Source: Pseudomonas aeruginosa PAO1 (lineage in GTDB: Bacteria > Pseudomonadota > Gammaproteobacteria > Pseudomonadales > Pseudomonadaceae). From it: a DNA stretch of 64,000 nt. A model generated the notes under the pieces. It did not search any database, had not been told where the DNA came from, and saw nothing but the letters and a program-made list of their open reading frames with translations. This document shows positions 25,047 to 36,133 of the stretch, in pieces (within the stretch, counting starts at the first letter, position 1; each line of letters opens with the position of its first letter). Position numbers and translations under genes: made by a program. Location of the stretch: assembly GCF_000006765.1 (NCBI RefSeq), contig NC_002516.2; one strand, 5' to 3'.

Positions 25047-26101
25047 GAGGCGCTGGTCGGGGCGGCGCCGTTGCTGCCCGCGGCAGGCGTTGCCGAAGCA
25101 GCGCTGGAGGCGGCTGCCGGGGCGCTGGGAGTCGCCGCAGGCTTCGCAGCAGGAGCGGTGGCGGGCTTGGTTGCGGCAGGTTTCGCGGCTACGGGTTTCG
25201 CCGCAGGCTTGGCCGCCGGTTTCGCCGCAGGCTTCGCAGCCGGCTTGGCTGCAGGCTTCGCGGCCGCGGATTTCGCCACAGGCTTGGCCGCCGGTTTCGC
25301 CGCAGGCTTCGCAGCTGGCTTGGCTGCGGGCTTCGCGGCTGCGGTTTTCGCCGCGGGCTTGGCCGTCGGTTTCGCGACAGGCTTCGCTGCCGGCTTGGCG
25401 GCGGGCTTCGCGGCTGCGGTTTTCGCCGCAGGCTTGGCCGCCGGTTTCGCCACAGGCTTCGCCGCCGGCTTGGCTGCGGGCTTCGCGGCTGCGGTTTTCG
25501 CCGCGGGCTTGGCCGCCGGTTTCGCAGCAGGCTTCGCCGTCGGCTTGGCTGCGGGCTTCGCTGCCGCGGTTTTCGCCGCAGGCTTGGCCGCCGGTTTCGC
25601 AGCAGGCTTCGCAGCCGGCTTGGCCGCAGGCTTCGCCGCTACGGTTTTCACCGCAGGCTTGGCTGCCGCCTTCGCAGCAGGTTTGGTCGCGGGTTTCGCC
25701 TTGCGGCTCTCCAGAGCCTTGCCAGCAGCTTCCTTCACCTTGCCGACACCCTGCGCCAGCTTGAGGCTTTCCTGTACGTCACGCTTGAGGCCGACGATGT
25801 AGGTACGGGTGTCCGCCTGCCGGGCCTTCAGGGTATCCAACGCCTCTTCCAGGTCGCTGATGGTCTCGCGCGCCTTGGCCTGTGCCTTGGTCTTGCCGGC
25901 CTTGGCAGCATCCTGCAGCTTGGTGCGAGCCTTGTGCAGCTTTTCCTGGGCTTTGCCACGTTGCTTTTCAAGTTTGGCCAGGAGCTTTTCCGAATCGACC
26001 AGCGCTTGTTTGCACGCACCTTCCAGGTGCTCGACAAGGCTGTGGGAAAGTTGCTGCAACAGGTGCAAGGGGGTGGTGACGGGCTTCTTGTTGGCCGACA
26101 T
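25043..26101 (-). CDS. algP: Histone H1-like alginate regulatory/nucleoid protein AlgP
   Basis: MSANKKPVTTPLHLLQQLSHSL N-terminus followed by a long KPAA repeat tract; 352 aa. Confidence 0.96.
   Translation of the reverse strand: MSANKKPVTTPLHLLQQLSHSLVEHLEGACKQALVDSEKLLAKLEKQRGKAQEKLHKARTKLQDAAKAGKTKAQAKARETISDLEEALDTLKARQADTRTYIVGLKRDVQESLKLAQGVGKVKEAAGKALESRKAKPATKPAAKAAAKPAVKTVAAKPAAKPAAKPAAKPAAKPAAKTAAAKPAAKPTAKPAAKPAAKPAAKTAAAKPAAKPAAKPVAKPAAKPAAKTAAAKPAAKPAAKPVAKPTAKPAAKTAAAKPAAKPAAKPAAKPAAKPVAKSAAAKPAAKPAAKPAAKPAAKPAAKPVAAKPAATKPATAPAAKPAATPSAPAAASSAASATPAAGSNGAAPTSAS
25130..25700 (-). repeat. Tandem 12-bp-unit repeat tract encoding KPAA/KPVA/KTAA in algP
   Basis: Repeated GCAGGCTTCGCC/GCCGGTTTCGCC-type units on the plus strand, with a higher-order 75-bp (25-aa) period. 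Confidence 0.95.
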
Positions 26102-26226
26102 GACGTGCCTCCAGGCGGACGTGGTTGCGCCCATACTAGACCCGCACACCCCCTCTCGCCAACGGGTTCGATGTGCTACAAGCGACGTGCGCCAGGATTG
26201 CCCGCCGATTCGTTTGGAGAAACCGC

Positions 26227-26856
26227 ATGCCGCGCCGCCTTTTCATCGGTCTTTTTCTACTGCCGCTGCCGCTTTTCGCCGCGCCTCCCAAGGACGAACT
26301 GGCCTATGCCGTAGGCGCCCGCCTGGGTATGCGCCTACAGCAGGAAATGCCCGGCCTAGAGCTATCCGAGCTACTTCTCGGACTGCGCCAGGCCTATCGC
26401 GGCGAGGCACTTGAAATCCCCCCCGAACGCATCGAACAACTTCTGCTGCAACACGAGAACGCCACGACGGAAACACCGCGGACCACACCCGCCGAGGCCC
26501 GCTTCCTGGCCAACGAAAAAGCCCGCTTCGGCGTCCGCGAATTGACCGGCGGCGTCCTCGTCAGCGAATTACGTCGTGGCCAAGGTAACGGCATCGGCGC
26601 GGCAACCCAGGTACACGTCCGTTACCGCGGCCTGCTTGCCGACGGTCAAGTGTTCGACCAGAGCGAAAGCGCCGAGTGGTTCGCCCTGGACAGTGTGATA
26701 GAGGGATGGCGGACAGCGTTGCGAGCGATGCCTGTCGGCGCGCGCTGGCGAGTGGTGATTCCTTCGGCGCAAGCCTATGGTCACGAAGGCGCTGGCGACC
26801 TGATCCCGCCCGACGCTCCGCTGGTCTTCGAGATCGACCTGCTGGGCTTCCGCTGA
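26227..26856 (+). CDS. FKBP-type peptidyl-prolyl cis-trans isomerase, exported
   Basis: Signal peptide, AYAVG, VRYRGLLADGQVFD, VIEGW, IPSAQAYG, LVFEIDLL. Confidence 0.9.
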   Translation: MPRRLFIGLFLLPLPLFAAPPKDELAYAVGARLGMRLQQEMPGLELSELLLGLRQAYRGEALEIPPERIEQLLLQHENATTETPRTTPAEARFLANEKARFGVRELTGGVLVSELRRGQGNGIGAATQVHVRYRGLLADGQVFDQSESAEWFALDSVIEGWRTALRAMPVGARWRVVIPSAQAYGHEGAGDLIPPDAPLVFEIDLLGFR

Positions 26857-26861
26857 AATGC

Positions 26862-26897
26862 AAAAACGGCGCTCTCCCGCATGGAGACGCGCCGTTT
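26862..26897. terminator. Bidirectional terminator between the FKBP gene and algQ
   Basis: AAAACGGCGC-TCTCC...GGAGA-C-GCGCCGTTT hairpin with A/T tracts on both sides. Confidence 0.7.
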
Positions 26898-26917
26898 CGT
26901 AACGACTCGCCGGTGAA

Positions 26918-27400
26918 TCAGACCGGTACTGCCGAACCCTCTGCGCCGCTCTGGCTGTGGGCGTTGTGCAGGACTTCGATGAGGCAGTCCTCCAGCTCGA
27001 AGCGTTCGTGCAACTGTTGCCGCAGGACCTTCAGCTCCGCGATGAGGCAGGCTCCTTCACGGCAATCGCCGTTGTCGCAGCGGTCGTTGAAGTTCAGCGC
27101 GGATTCGGTGATGGCTTCCAGCCGGGGGAAGATCTGCTTGGCCAGCTCCAGGCCGCGCTGATCGCCGAAGGCCTTGCCTTCCGCCGTCAGTTGCTCGTAG
27201 ACCTCGAAGTGTCCGGCAGATACATAGTCCAGCAGCAATTGGCAGAAATGCTGGAGTTCTTCGGCGTTGGGCGCCGGTGCCTGAATACCGCTCAGGGCAT
27301 CGAAGGCCTGCACCAGTTGCTGGCGCTCATGCAGCCAGCGATCGATCAGTTGGTGCACACCCCCCCACCGCTCTTGGGCATTACGGCAGCTTTCGAGCAT
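26918..27400 (-). CDS. algQ: Anti-sigma70 factor AlgQ (Rsd homologue)
   Basis: [40 protein letters not shown]; 160 aa. Confidence 0.96.
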
Positions 27401-27679
27401 GTTGTCCTCGCTTCCCTCTTCGGACGTCCCGGAGAATCATCGTCCGCTCCGAGACGCATTGCTGACGCACTCTCTGCGCTCTGTGGGAGAACGCCTGTGC
27501 AAGGGGCGGACTCCGGCGCTATGGAAAGCCAGATTATGCCCCCGGGATGACCCCATCAAGACGCCCGTACAGAAAAATTCATACGGATGTTTGATCGGTA
27601 TCCCGCATCCGCTCTGGTTTTCGCCAAATCGATACGGCCGACGCTCGAGAGCTGACGAAAGACCACGCGACAGCCCGCA

Positions 27680-28171
27680 TCAGGCACGTCGGAGGAACTG
27701 CACGATGGAGAAGCCGAGATAGGCAACGAACGCCAGCAGGCTCCATTCGGGAATGCTCAGGGTGAATAGCGTCCAGCTCACCTGGGCACAATCCGCGGTG
27801 CCATGCAGGACCAGGCGGATCACTTCCTGGAAGGGAAGCGCCTGCATCATGTAGTCGAGGCTGGGCAGGCAGGCCGGCAGTTGGTCCAGCGGAACGGTCT
27901 GCAACCATACCTGGCGGGCGGCCGTGGCCCCGCCGCCGAGAGCGAGCAGGAACACCAGCACGGAGTAGATACGCCGCCCACGCAGGCCGGGCCCCTGGAT
28001 CGCGCCAGCAAGGCAGGTCAGGCCGATCAGGATGAAGAAGATCCGCTGCACGACGCACAGCGGGCAGGCCTCCAGGCCAACCACATGTTCCAGGTACAGC
28101 GCCCCGCCCATGATGGCGACGCAGGCCAGGAACGCGAGAAGGAAAAGCTGACGGGGGCTGGCCAGGGGCAT
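27680..28171 (-). CDS. dsbH: DsbB-family disulfide bond formation protein DsbH
   Basis: LEACPLCVVQR CxxC, second Cys pair (LPACLP, TADCA), four TM segments. Confidence 0.88.
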   Translation of the reverse strand: MPLASPRQLFLLAFLACVAIMGGALYLEHVVGLEACPLCVVQRIFFILIGLTCLAGAIQGPGLRGRRIYSVLVFLLALGGGATAARQVWLQTVPLDQLPACLPSLDYMMQALPFQEVIRLVLHGTADCAQVSWTLFTLSIPEWSLLAFVAYLGFSIVQFLRRA

Positions 28172-28349
28172 GGCGGATCCACAGGTACACAGGGGAAAGG
28201 CCGCCTACGGTAGTGGAAAGCCTCCGGCCGTTTCAAGCCGCAAGTCCGCTCTGCGGCAAGGCATCCCGAATCATGCCGGGCGCCCGCGACAAGCCGCCAC
28301 AGTCCTGCCGATGGAGCCGAACGGGGAACGCCGGGGGCGTTCCCCATGC

Positions 28350-29588
28350 TCAAATGCCCGCCACCACCACGGGCAGCCCCGGAGTACGCCGATCGAGCAG
28401 GACCAGGCCCTCCTGGAACAACTGGTTGCTGCGCTCGACCTCGCCGAGCTGCGCCAGCAGGCGGCCCAGCTCGGCGCAGGTCTCGGCACTGCGCTGGAAG
28501 CTCAGGCTGGCCTCCAGGTATTCCCGGGCCTTGCCCCAGAGCTTGTTGATCAGGCACAGGCGCCCCAGGGTCAGCAGCAGGCCGGGATCGTTCGGATGTT
28601 CCTTGAGCCAACCTTCCGCGGCCTGCAATTGCTTGCCCGGATCGCGCCCGCGCACCTGCCCGTAGAGTTGCACCAGGGTCGCGTCGAAGCCTTGCTTGAG
28701 CGCATGGCGGAGGACTTCTTCGGCCTCTTCCTCGGCGCCCAGGCGAAGCAGTTGGGCGGCATAGCCCGCGACGATCGCCGGGTCTGCACGCAGCGCCGAA
28801 GGCACGTTCTGCCAGCGCTGGGTCAGCGGCTGCAACGCCGTCTCGCCCTCGTTCAGTCCACGCTCGCCGGCTTCCTGCAAGGAAGCCACCCAGGCACGGC
28901 GTTCGAGGTCGCGCAGTTCGGAATCCTTCAGCACACGCTCCTTGCGCAGCTCCGGCAGCAGGACGCAAAGGGCCTGCCAGTCGTGCTGGGTGACGTACAG
29001 CTGCTGCATCAGCCGCAATACCGTGCGGTGCTGCGGCTGGAGACCGTGCAGCTCTTCGAGGGTATTGCGTGCCTGCGGGTAGTCGCCGCGATTGATCAGC
29101 AGTTGCGCACGGGTCAGGCCGACCAGCAATTGGGCATCCGGCTCGCGCTCGCGAGCCCGGTTCAGCAGGTCGTCGGCCTCGTCGTAGCGTTCGAGTTCGT
29201 TGGCGGCCCGCGCCGCGCCGAGGTAATGCATCAGCGGCCGCTCGCCCATCTCCGCCGCCCGCCGCAAGTGACGCAGTGCCTGCGGCCAGTTGCCTTCGCC
29301 GAGATCGCGCAGGCCGCTGTGCTCGGCCATCTGCACGCGACGCCGGCGGTTGTAGCGCGACCAGGGGTTGACCACCCGCCCCGAGCTGCCGAGCAGGCGC
29401 AGGACCAGGCGCACCAGCACCACCAGCAGCCAGACCACCGCCAGCAGGGCGAGGAACGACCACAGGCTGGATTCGTAACGGAAGCTCTTGTAGGCGATCA
29501 GCACATAGCCGGCCTGCTCGGAGATCGCCAGCCCAACCAGCGTGGCGACCAGCACCACCGCCAGGACCAGGAGGTAGATGCGTCTCAT
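28350..29588 (-). CDS. hemY: HemY-family membrane protein with TPR repeats
   Basis: GYVLIAY..RYESS N-terminus, TPR-like helices, position after hemX. Confidence 0.9.
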   Translation of the reverse strand: MRRIYLLVLAVVLVATLVGLAISEQAGYVLIAYKSFRYESSLWSFLALLAVVWLLVVLVRLVLRLLGSSGRVVNPWSRYNRRRRVQMAEHSGLRDLGEGNWPQALRHLRRAAEMGERPLMHYLGAARAANELERYDEADDLLNRAREREPDAQLLVGLTRAQLLINRGDYPQARNTLEELHGLQPQHRTVLRLMQQLYVTQHDWQALCVLLPELRKERVLKDSELRDLERRAWVASLQEAGERGLNEGETALQPLTQRWQNVPSALRADPAIVAGYAAQLLRLGAEEEAEEVLRHALKQGFDATLVQLYGQVRGRDPGKQLQAAEGWLKEHPNDPGLLLTLGRLCLINKLWGKAREYLEASLSFQRSAETCAELGRLLAQLGEVERSNQLFQEGLVLLDRRTPGLPVVVAGI

Positions 29589-30715
29589 GGACGGCCCTCC
29601 GTGGCCGGAGCCGCCTGCGCCTCGGGCACCAGGTTGCCAGCGGCCTCGCGGCGCGACACGTAGGCCTGCAAGGCGCTCAGGGCCGGTGCGAGGTCAGGGA
29701 CCTGCACGGTGACCGGCTGCTTCGCCAACTCATCGATACGCAACTTCAACGCGCGGCTGTCGGCCAGCTCTACGTTGAAATAGCCGTCCAGCACGTCCTG
29801 GGCCTGCTTCAGCGCCTGCTCGTAGACTTCCTGCTTGCCATTCAGCGCCGCCCACTGGGCTTGCTCCAGGGCCAGGCCGATGGTCAGGCGCACCTGCGCC
29901 AATTGCTCGCCGGCCAGCAGCGGACGAATGTCCTGGCCGGCATTGAAATCGATGCGGATGTAGCGCGAGATCTTCTCCCACCACAGCTCCCAGGTGCTGT
30001 TGCCGTCGCCCCAGGCGACATTGCTGGCACCGCTTTCGCCTTCCTTGAAGGTCGGCGTGAGCGGTTGCAACTGGTTGACCTGCTCGCGCAACGCCGCCAG
30101 TTGCACGAACAGCCCGGTACGGTCCGGCTCCGGCAACGCACGCAGGGCCTCGAGGCTGGCCGCCAGCTTGGCGCGGGCGGCATAGGCGCCGGGATCGTTC
30201 TGCGCGCGCAGGATGTCATCGGCGCCCTGCACCAGTTCGGTGGCGCTGCCCACGTCCTGCAAGGCGGACAGGCGCAGGCTGGCCAGGCGCAGCAGGTGTT
30301 CGGCCTCGGCCAGTCGCCATTGCTGGCGGCTCTGGCCGAGGACCTTCTTCAGTTGCTCGCTGAGATGCTGCTGGTCGCCCTGCAGCTCCACCACAAGGCG
30401 TCGCCGGGCCTCCAGTTCGTCCGCGGTAGGCAAAGCGTCCAGGCGGGCAGCCAGTTGCTGGTTACGCTGGGCCAGGGATTCGGTCTTGCCACGGGCATCT
30501 TCCAGCTGCGCCAGCTGGTCACGCTCGGTGCCCTGCAACTGCTGGACCTGCCAGAAGCTCCAGCCACCCGCGCCGAGTCCCGCCACGCCAACCAGCAGGG
30601 CGAGCAACGCCAGGCCGGTGGCGGTACCGGAACGCCTGGATGCATCGGGTGCAACGGGAGAAGGGGTGGAAGTGGAAGTTCTTGCGTCGTCTTGGGGAGT
30701 GACTGCTTCGCTCAC
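29585..30715 (-). CDS. hemX: HemX-family protein
   Basis: TM anchor, coiled coil, WRLAEAEHLLRLA motif, RPLL..EQ; position after hemD. Confidence 0.9.
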   Translation of the reverse strand: MSEAVTPQDDARTSTSTPSPVAPDASRRSGTATGLALLALLVGVAGLGAGGWSFWQVQQLQGTERDQLAQLEDARGKTESLAQRNQQLAARLDALPTADELEARRRLVVELQGDQQHLSEQLKKVLGQSRQQWRLAEAEHLLRLASLRLSALQDVGSATELVQGADDILRAQNDPGAYAARAKLAASLEALRALPEPDRTGLFVQLAALREQVNQLQPLTPTFKEGESGASNVAWGDGNSTWELWWEKISRYIRIDFNAGQDIRPLLAGEQLAQVRLTIGLALEQAQWAALNGKQEVYEQALKQAQDVLDGYFNVELADSRALKLRIDELAKQPVTVQVPDLAPALSALQAYVSRREAAGNLVPEAQAAPATEGRP

Positions 30716-30741
30716 AGGTCCATCCTTTGGTCAAGAAAGTT

Positions 30742-31497
30742 CTAGGCGGCGCTCGTCAGGGCCGCCAGCAAGGCCGGCGCGCTCGCGCCCCGGCAATCAA
30801 TCACCCGTTGCGCACCCAGTTCGCGCGCCATCTCGGCGACCCGCGGGCTGGGTACGAACAGCGGCAACCGGCCTATCTCGGGCCAATCGGCTGCCGCCAA
30901 CTGATACAGATTTTGCAAACCCTGTCCACTGCTGACCACCAGGCCGTTCAGGCGTTCCGCCCGCACCCTTGCCAGCAGCTCTCCGGCCGGATAGTCCGGA
31001 GCCCGGCGCCGGTAGAGTGGCAGGTAGTCCACCTGCACGCCTTGGCCGCGCAGGCGCTCGGCGAGGAATTCTCGGCCACCTTCGCCGCGCATGATCAGCA
31101 CTTTCGGATCGTGCACGCGCAGGGAATCCTGGAACGCCGGCAGCGCCAGCAACGCTTCGCTGTCGTCGCCCTGTTCAGGGTAGGTTACGTCGAGGCCGTA
31201 GGCCTCGAGGATCGCCGCGGTCGCCGCGCCGACGCTGCACCAGGTCTGCTGCGGCGGCTGCGGCCAGTAGCGGTCGAGCCGCTCCAGCCCCAGGCGCGCC
31301 GCCGGCTTGCTGACCACCACCACCGCGCAGTAGCGGTCCAGGTCGAGCATCAGCGTACGCTGCTCCGGGGTTTCTTCCAGCGGATCGATCGCCAACAGCG
31401 GCAGGCTGCTGCTATGGACGCCCGCCTCGCCGAGGCTGGCGGCCAGGGCCGCGCACTCCTCGTCGGGGCGCGTCAGCAGGAGCCGCCAGCCGCTCAC
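30742..31497 (-). CDS. hemD: Uroporphyrinogen-III synthase
   Basis: LLLTRP, VSKPAAR, SVGAATA, DSEALL, RGEGGRE, YRR, VVSSGQ. Confidence 0.94.
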   Translation of the reverse strand: MSGWRLLLTRPDEECAALAASLGEAGVHSSSLPLLAIDPLEETPEQRTLMLDLDRYCAVVVVSKPAARLGLERLDRYWPQPPQQTWCSVGAATAAILEAYGLDVTYPEQGDDSEALLALPAFQDSLRVHDPKVLIMRGEGGREFLAERLRGQGVQVDYLPLYRRRAPDYPAGELLARVRAERLNGLVVSSGQGLQNLYQLAAADWPEIGRLPLFVPSPRVAEMARELGAQRVIDCRGASAPALLAALTSAA

Positions 31498-32435
31498 GGA
31501 TGTCCGGCCTCGCCGTAGACGGCTTCGAGAATCGCTTCGGCGCCCTGCTCCAGCAGGTCCTCGGCCACCCGCACGCCCAGCGCCTCGGCTTCCGCCAGTG
31601 GCGCCCGCCCCTCGGCGCGCAGCAACTGGGTGCCATCAGGCTGGCCGACCAGGCCGCGCAGCCACAGCTGGTCGCCCTCGCGGATGGCGTAGCAGGCGAT
31701 CGGCACCTGGCAACCGCCGTTGAGCCGCTTGTTCAGCGCGCGCTCGGCAGTGACCCGCAGAGCCGTGTCGGTATGGTGCAAGGGTTCCAGCAAGGCATGC
31801 AGGTCGCTGTCGGCCGTACGGCATTCGATGCCGACGGCGCCTTGTCCGCCGGCGGGCAGGCTGTCGTCGACACTGATCGAGGAGCGGATGCGCGACTCGA
31901 AGCCGAGGCGGATCAGGCCGGCGGCGGCGAGGATGATCGCGTCGTATTCGCCGGCATCCAGCTTGGCCAGGCGGGTATTGACGTTGCCCCGCAGGAAACG
32001 GATCTGCAGGTCCGGCCGGCGCGCCAGCAGCTGCGCCTGGCGGCGCAGGCTGGAGGTGCCGACCACGCTCCCGGCTGGCAGTTGCTCGAGGCTGGCGTAG
32101 GTGTTCGAGACGAAAGCGTCACGCGGGTCTTCGCGCTCGCAGATGGTGTAGAGGCCGAGCCCCTCGGGAAAGTCCATCGGCACGTCCTTCATCGAATGCA
32201 CCGCGATGTCGGCGGCGCCTTCGAGCAGGGCGGTTTCCAGTTCCTTGACGAACAGGCCCTTGCCGCCGATCTTCGCCAGCGGTGCGTCGAGCAGCTTGTC
32301 GCCGCGACTGGTCATCGGCAGCAGGGTGACGGTCAAGCCGGGATGCGCCTGTTCCAGGCGCGCCTTGACGTATTCGGCCTGCCACAAGGCGAGGGCGCTC
32401 TGGCGAGTGGCGATGCGGATTTCGCGGGACGACAT
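31494..32435 (-). CDS. hemC: Porphobilinogen deaminase
   Basis: [47 protein letters not shown]. Confidence 0.98.
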   Translation of the reverse strand: MSSREIRIATRQSALALWQAEYVKARLEQAHPGLTVTLLPMTSRGDKLLDAPLAKIGGKGLFVKELETALLEGAADIAVHSMKDVPMDFPEGLGLYTICEREDPRDAFVSNTYASLEQLPAGSVVGTSSLRRQAQLLARRPDLQIRFLRGNVNTRLAKLDAGEYDAIILAAAGLIRLGFESRIRSSISVDDSLPAGGQGAVGIECRTADSDLHALLEPLHHTDTALRVTAERALNKRLNGGCQVPIACYAIREGDQLWLRGLVGQPDGTQLLRAEGRAPLAEAEALGVRVAEDLLEQGAEAILEAVYGEAGHP

Positions 32436-32543
32436 GGGATATTCCGTGCACAGGGATGCGCCCATGATAACAGTTCGAACCCGAGTGCGCGGACGCTGGG
32501 CCCGATAGCCGCACCCGGGTCGCTGGCGAACCGCCGACCGCCG

Positions 32544-33290
32544 TCAGAGCTGATGCATCAGACGCCTGACTCCGGCCACGTGCCGCCGGCTGACGGTCAG
32601 CGCATCGCCGTCGAGGCCTTTCAGGTAGAGCTGGAAATGCCCCAGCGGCGTACGCTGCAGGCGTTCGATCCGTTCGCGGGCGACCAGCGCGTTGCGGTGG
32701 ATGCGCACGAAGCGCTCGCCGAACTCGTCTTCCAGCGCCTTCAACGGCTCGTCCAGCAGCACCTCGCCCTGCGCATGGCGCAAGGTCACGTACTTGTGGT
32801 CGGCAATGAAGAAGATCACCTCTTCCAGCGGGATCAGCTCGATCCCCTTGCGGGTCCGTGCACTGATGTGGCTGCGCGGACCGCTGCCGCCGGAGGCCGG
32901 GGGCTTGGTCAGCGCGGCCAGTTGCACGCGGTTCGGTCGCGAGGCTTTCTTCAACGCCTCGGCCAGGTCTTCGCTGCGCACCGGCTTGACCAGGTAGCCC
33001 ACGGCGCTGACCTGGAAGGCTTCCAGGGCGAATTCGTCATGGGCCGTGCAGAAGATCACAGCCGGCGGCGCTTCCCGCTCGCAGAGTCTGGCCGCGACCT
33101 GGAGGCCGTCCAGACCGGGCATGCGGATATCCAGCAGGACGATATCGGGCTTGAGGCTGTCGATCAGCGTCAGCGCTTCTTCGCCATTGCTGGCCGAGGG
33201 CTCGAGGACGCGATAGCCGTCCAGTTGCCCTACCAATCGGGCCAGGCGCTCTCGCGCCAGAGGTTCGTCATCGACAATCAGGACATTCAT
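32544..33290 (-). CDS. algR: LytTR-family response regulator AlgR
   Basis: MNVLIVDDEPLARERL, LLDIRMPG, FVRIHRNALV; 248 aa. Confidence 0.97.
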   Translation of the reverse strand: MNVLIVDDEPLARERLARLVGQLDGYRVLEPSASNGEEALTLIDSLKPDIVLLDIRMPGLDGLQVAARLCEREAPPAVIFCTAHDEFALEAFQVSAVGYLVKPVRSEDLAEALKKASRPNRVQLAALTKPPASGGSGPRSHISARTRKGIELIPLEEVIFFIADHKYVTLRHAQGEVLLDEPLKALEDEFGERFVRIHRNALVARERIERLQRTPLGHFQLYLKGLDGDALTVSRRHVAGVRRLMHQL

Positions 33291-33294
33291 AAGC

Positions 33295-34371
33295 TCAGGC
33301 TTCCTGCATGAGTCGCGCACATGGATAGCGTAGACAGGTGTAGTGCCGTCCGTCACGGCGCTCGACGCTGAGACTCGCTTTAGGCCCGAAAAGTGCCCCA
33401 AGTCGTGCATCGATATTGTGTAACGCCTGTCGCGTGCCTTTCGACGGGGGCGACTCGAGCGCCTCGTCGTAGGGGTTGCTCACACATAGCTGGAACACTC
33501 CTTCACGATAAACCGCCTCGACCTGCACCAGGCCGCCTTCGACCCGCGGCTGGATGCCATAGATAAGCGCATTTTCCAGCAGCGGCTGCAAGGTCAGTTG
33601 GGGGATCGGCAGGTTGGCCGGCACCCCGTGCACCTGCCAGTCCAGTTGCAGGCGATCGCCAAGACGATACTGCTCAATGGAAAGATAGCGCCTTGCCAGC
33701 GCCAGTTCCTCCTCCCAGGAAACTAAAGTGCCGGGCTTCGCCAGGCTGGCCCGGAACAGGTCGGACAGGTCCAGCACCGCATGCTCGGCCTTCAGCGGGT
33801 CCAGCTCGATCAGGCTGGCGATGCTGTTCAGGCTGTTGAACAGGAAGTGCGGGCGAATCCGCGCCTGCAGCGATTCCAGGCGCGCCTGCAACTCGGCCTG
33901 CTGCTGCCGGCGCCACTGGCTCTGCAGGTAAAAGTAGCGCAGCACCAGGGCGGACATGATCAGCGCGATCAGCGCGTGCCGCAGATACAGATTGACCTCG
34001 CCGGCACGCGTCAGTTCTCCGCCCAGCTGATAGTGCTCGGCGACCGCCGTGCAGCCCAGGGTGAGGGCCACCACCAACAGGCAGCAGGCACTCCCCGCCA
34101 GCGCCACCGGCAGGCGTGCGAGCAATGGCCGCAGGCGGCAGAACAGCGCCGCCGAGAGCAGTACGATCCACTGCACGAACAGCGACGCCAGGGCCAGGCG
34201 CACCCAGTTGAAGCTCGGCGTCATCGGCTCCGCCAGCACCAGCACGAGCACCAGCAGCTCCGCCAGCAGCACCAGGGTGAACAGGGCTTCGGCTTCGCAG
34301 AGCTCGGGAATGAAGAAGTCGTCTTGGACGGCCGGCCGGGTCGAGCGGCCGGGCTTGAATCGGATAGGCAT
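33295..34371 (-). CDS. fimS: LytS-type sensor kinase FimS (AlgZ)
   Basis: [27 protein letters not shown]; 358 aa from MPIRFK. Confidence 0.95.
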   Translation of the reverse strand: MPIRFKPGRSTRPAVQDDFFIPELCEAEALFTLVLLAELLVLVLVLAEPMTPSFNWVRLALASLFVQWIVLLSAALFCRLRPLLARLPVALAGSACCLLVVALTLGCTAVAEHYQLGGELTRAGEVNLYLRHALIALIMSALVLRYFYLQSQWRRQQQAELQARLESLQARIRPHFLFNSLNSIASLIELDPLKAEHAVLDLSDLFRASLAKPGTLVSWEEELALARRYLSIEQYRLGDRLQLDWQVHGVPANLPIPQLTLQPLLENALIYGIQPRVEGGLVQVEAVYREGVFQLCVSNPYDEALESPPSKGTRQALHNIDARLGALFGPKASLSVERRDGRHYTCLRYPCARLMQEA

Positions 34372-34595
34372 CGACAGAGTTTCCGCAAGGCCCGTGGCGC
34401 CCGCAAGACAGCCGCGGGCGTACGGGCGAAATAAAGCACCGAAATGCCATCTGCCGCAAAAAACCGCGAAACAGCGCTCGTTCCGGCTTCGTCGACGAGC
34501 CGCCGGTTTTTCCTCCCGGCCTGCTATCATCGTCGCACTTTGCCCGTCACGCAGGCCGCGCGGCCTGTCCGTTTCTTGTTGCAGCGAGAGATACC

Positions 34596-35990
34596 ATGAG
34601 CGTAGAGAAGACCAACCAGTCCTGGGGCGGCCGCTTCAGCGAGCCCGTCGACGCCTTCGTCGCCCGTTTCACCGCCTCCGTCGACTTCGACAAGCGTCTC
34701 TACCGCCACGACATCATGGGTTCCATCGCCCACGCCACGATGCTGGCCAAGGTCGGCGTGCTGAGCGACGCCGAGCGCGATGCGATCGTCGACGGCCTGC
34801 AACAGATCCAGGCGGAAATCGAAGCCGGCAGCTTCGACTGGCGCGTCGACCTGGAAGACGTGCACATGAACATCGAGGCGCGCCTGACCGACCGCATCGG
34901 CGTCACCGGCAAGAAGCTCCACACCGGCCGCTCGCGCAACGACCAGGTGGCCACCGACATCCGCCTCTGGCTACGCGACGAGATCGACACCATCCTCGCC
35001 GAGATCACCCGCCTGCAGGAGGGCCTGCTGGGCCTGGCCGAAGCGGAAGCCGACACCATCATGCCCGGTTTCACCCACCTGCAGACCGCCCAGCCGGTGA
35101 CCTTCGGCCACCACCTGCTGGCCTGGTTCGAGATGCTCGGCCGCGACTACGAGCGCCTGGTCGACTGCCGCAAGCGGGTCAACCGCATGCCGCTCGGCTC
35201 GGCGGCCCTGGCCGGCACCACCTACCCGATCCAGCGCGAGATCACCTGCCAGTTGCTGGGCTTCGACGCGGTTGGCGGCAACTCCCTGGACGGCGTCTCC
35301 GACCGCGACTTCGCCATCGAATTCTGCGCCGCCGCCAGCCTGGCGATGATGCACCTGTCGCGCTTCTCGGAAGAGCTGGTGCTATGGACCAGCGCGCAGT
35401 TCCAGTTCATCGACCTGCCCGACCGCTTCTGCACCGGCTCCTCGATCATGCCGCAGAAGAAGAACCCCGACGTGCCGGAGCTGGTACGCGGCAAGTCCGG
35501 CCGGGTGTTCGGCGCCCTCACCGGCTTGCTGACCCTGATGAAGGGCCAGCCGCTGGCCTACAACAAGGACAACCAGGAAGACAAGGAACCGCTGTTCGAC
35601 GCCGCCGACACCCTGCGCGATAGCCTGCGCGCCTTCGCCGACATGGTCCCGGCGATCCGGCCCCGGCGCGAGATCATGCGCGAGGCGGCACGCCGCGGTT
35701 TCTCCACCGCCACCGACCTGGCGGACTACCTGGTGCGCAAGGGCCTGCCGTTCCGCGACTGCCACGAGATCGTCGGCCACGCAGTGAAGTACGGCGTAGA
35801 CAGCGGCAAGGACCTCGCCGAGATGAGCCTCGACGAACTGCGCCGCTTCAGCGAGCAGATCGACGCCGACGTCTTCGACGTGCTGACCCTGGAAGGCTCG
35901 GTCAACGCCCGCGACCATATCGGCGGCACCGCGCCGAACCAGGTCCGTGCCGCCGTCGCCCGCGGCAGAAAACTGCTGGCACAGCGCTGA
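34596..35990 (+). CDS. argH: Argininosuccinate lyase
   Basis: [41 protein letters not shown]. Confidence 0.98.
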   Translation: MSVEKTNQSWGGRFSEPVDAFVARFTASVDFDKRLYRHDIMGSIAHATMLAKVGVLSDAERDAIVDGLQQIQAEIEAGSFDWRVDLEDVHMNIEARLTDRIGVTGKKLHTGRSRNDQVATDIRLWLRDEIDTILAEITRLQEGLLGLAEAEADTIMPGFTHLQTAQPVTFGHHLLAWFEMLGRDYERLVDCRKRVNRMPLGSAALAGTTYPIQREITCQLLGFDAVGGNSLDGVSDRDFAIEFCAAASLAMMHLSRFSEELVLWTSAQFQFIDLPDRFCTGSSIMPQKKNPDVPELVRGKSGRVFGALTGLLTLMKGQPLAYNKDNQEDKEPLFDAADTLRDSLRAFADMVPAIRPRREIMREAARRGFSTATDLADYLVRKGLPFRDCHEIVGHAVKYGVDSGKDLAEMSLDELRRFSEQIDADVFDVLTLEGSVNARDHIGGTAPNQVRAAVARGRKLLAQR

Positions 35991-36133
35991 AGTCGCGCCC
36001 AGTGCCCGGCAGATCTCCCTGTCCTACCCGAGACTTGATCGCACGGCGGGACAGGAACGCCCTTGTAGATCGACAGCCACTCTAGTGAAAGTCCTTCTTC
36101 GCTAACCGGTCGCAATGGCGGAATAACTCAGCA

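Noticed and set aside
25071-25802. Antisense ORF with AAGFAAGL repeats that looks like a hydrophobic repeat protein
   Set aside because: It is just the reverse complement of the algP KPAA repeats.
27591-27604. Anr-like sequence TTGATCGGTATCCC upstream of algQ
   Set aside because: Only one good half-site (8/10 overall) and no independent support.
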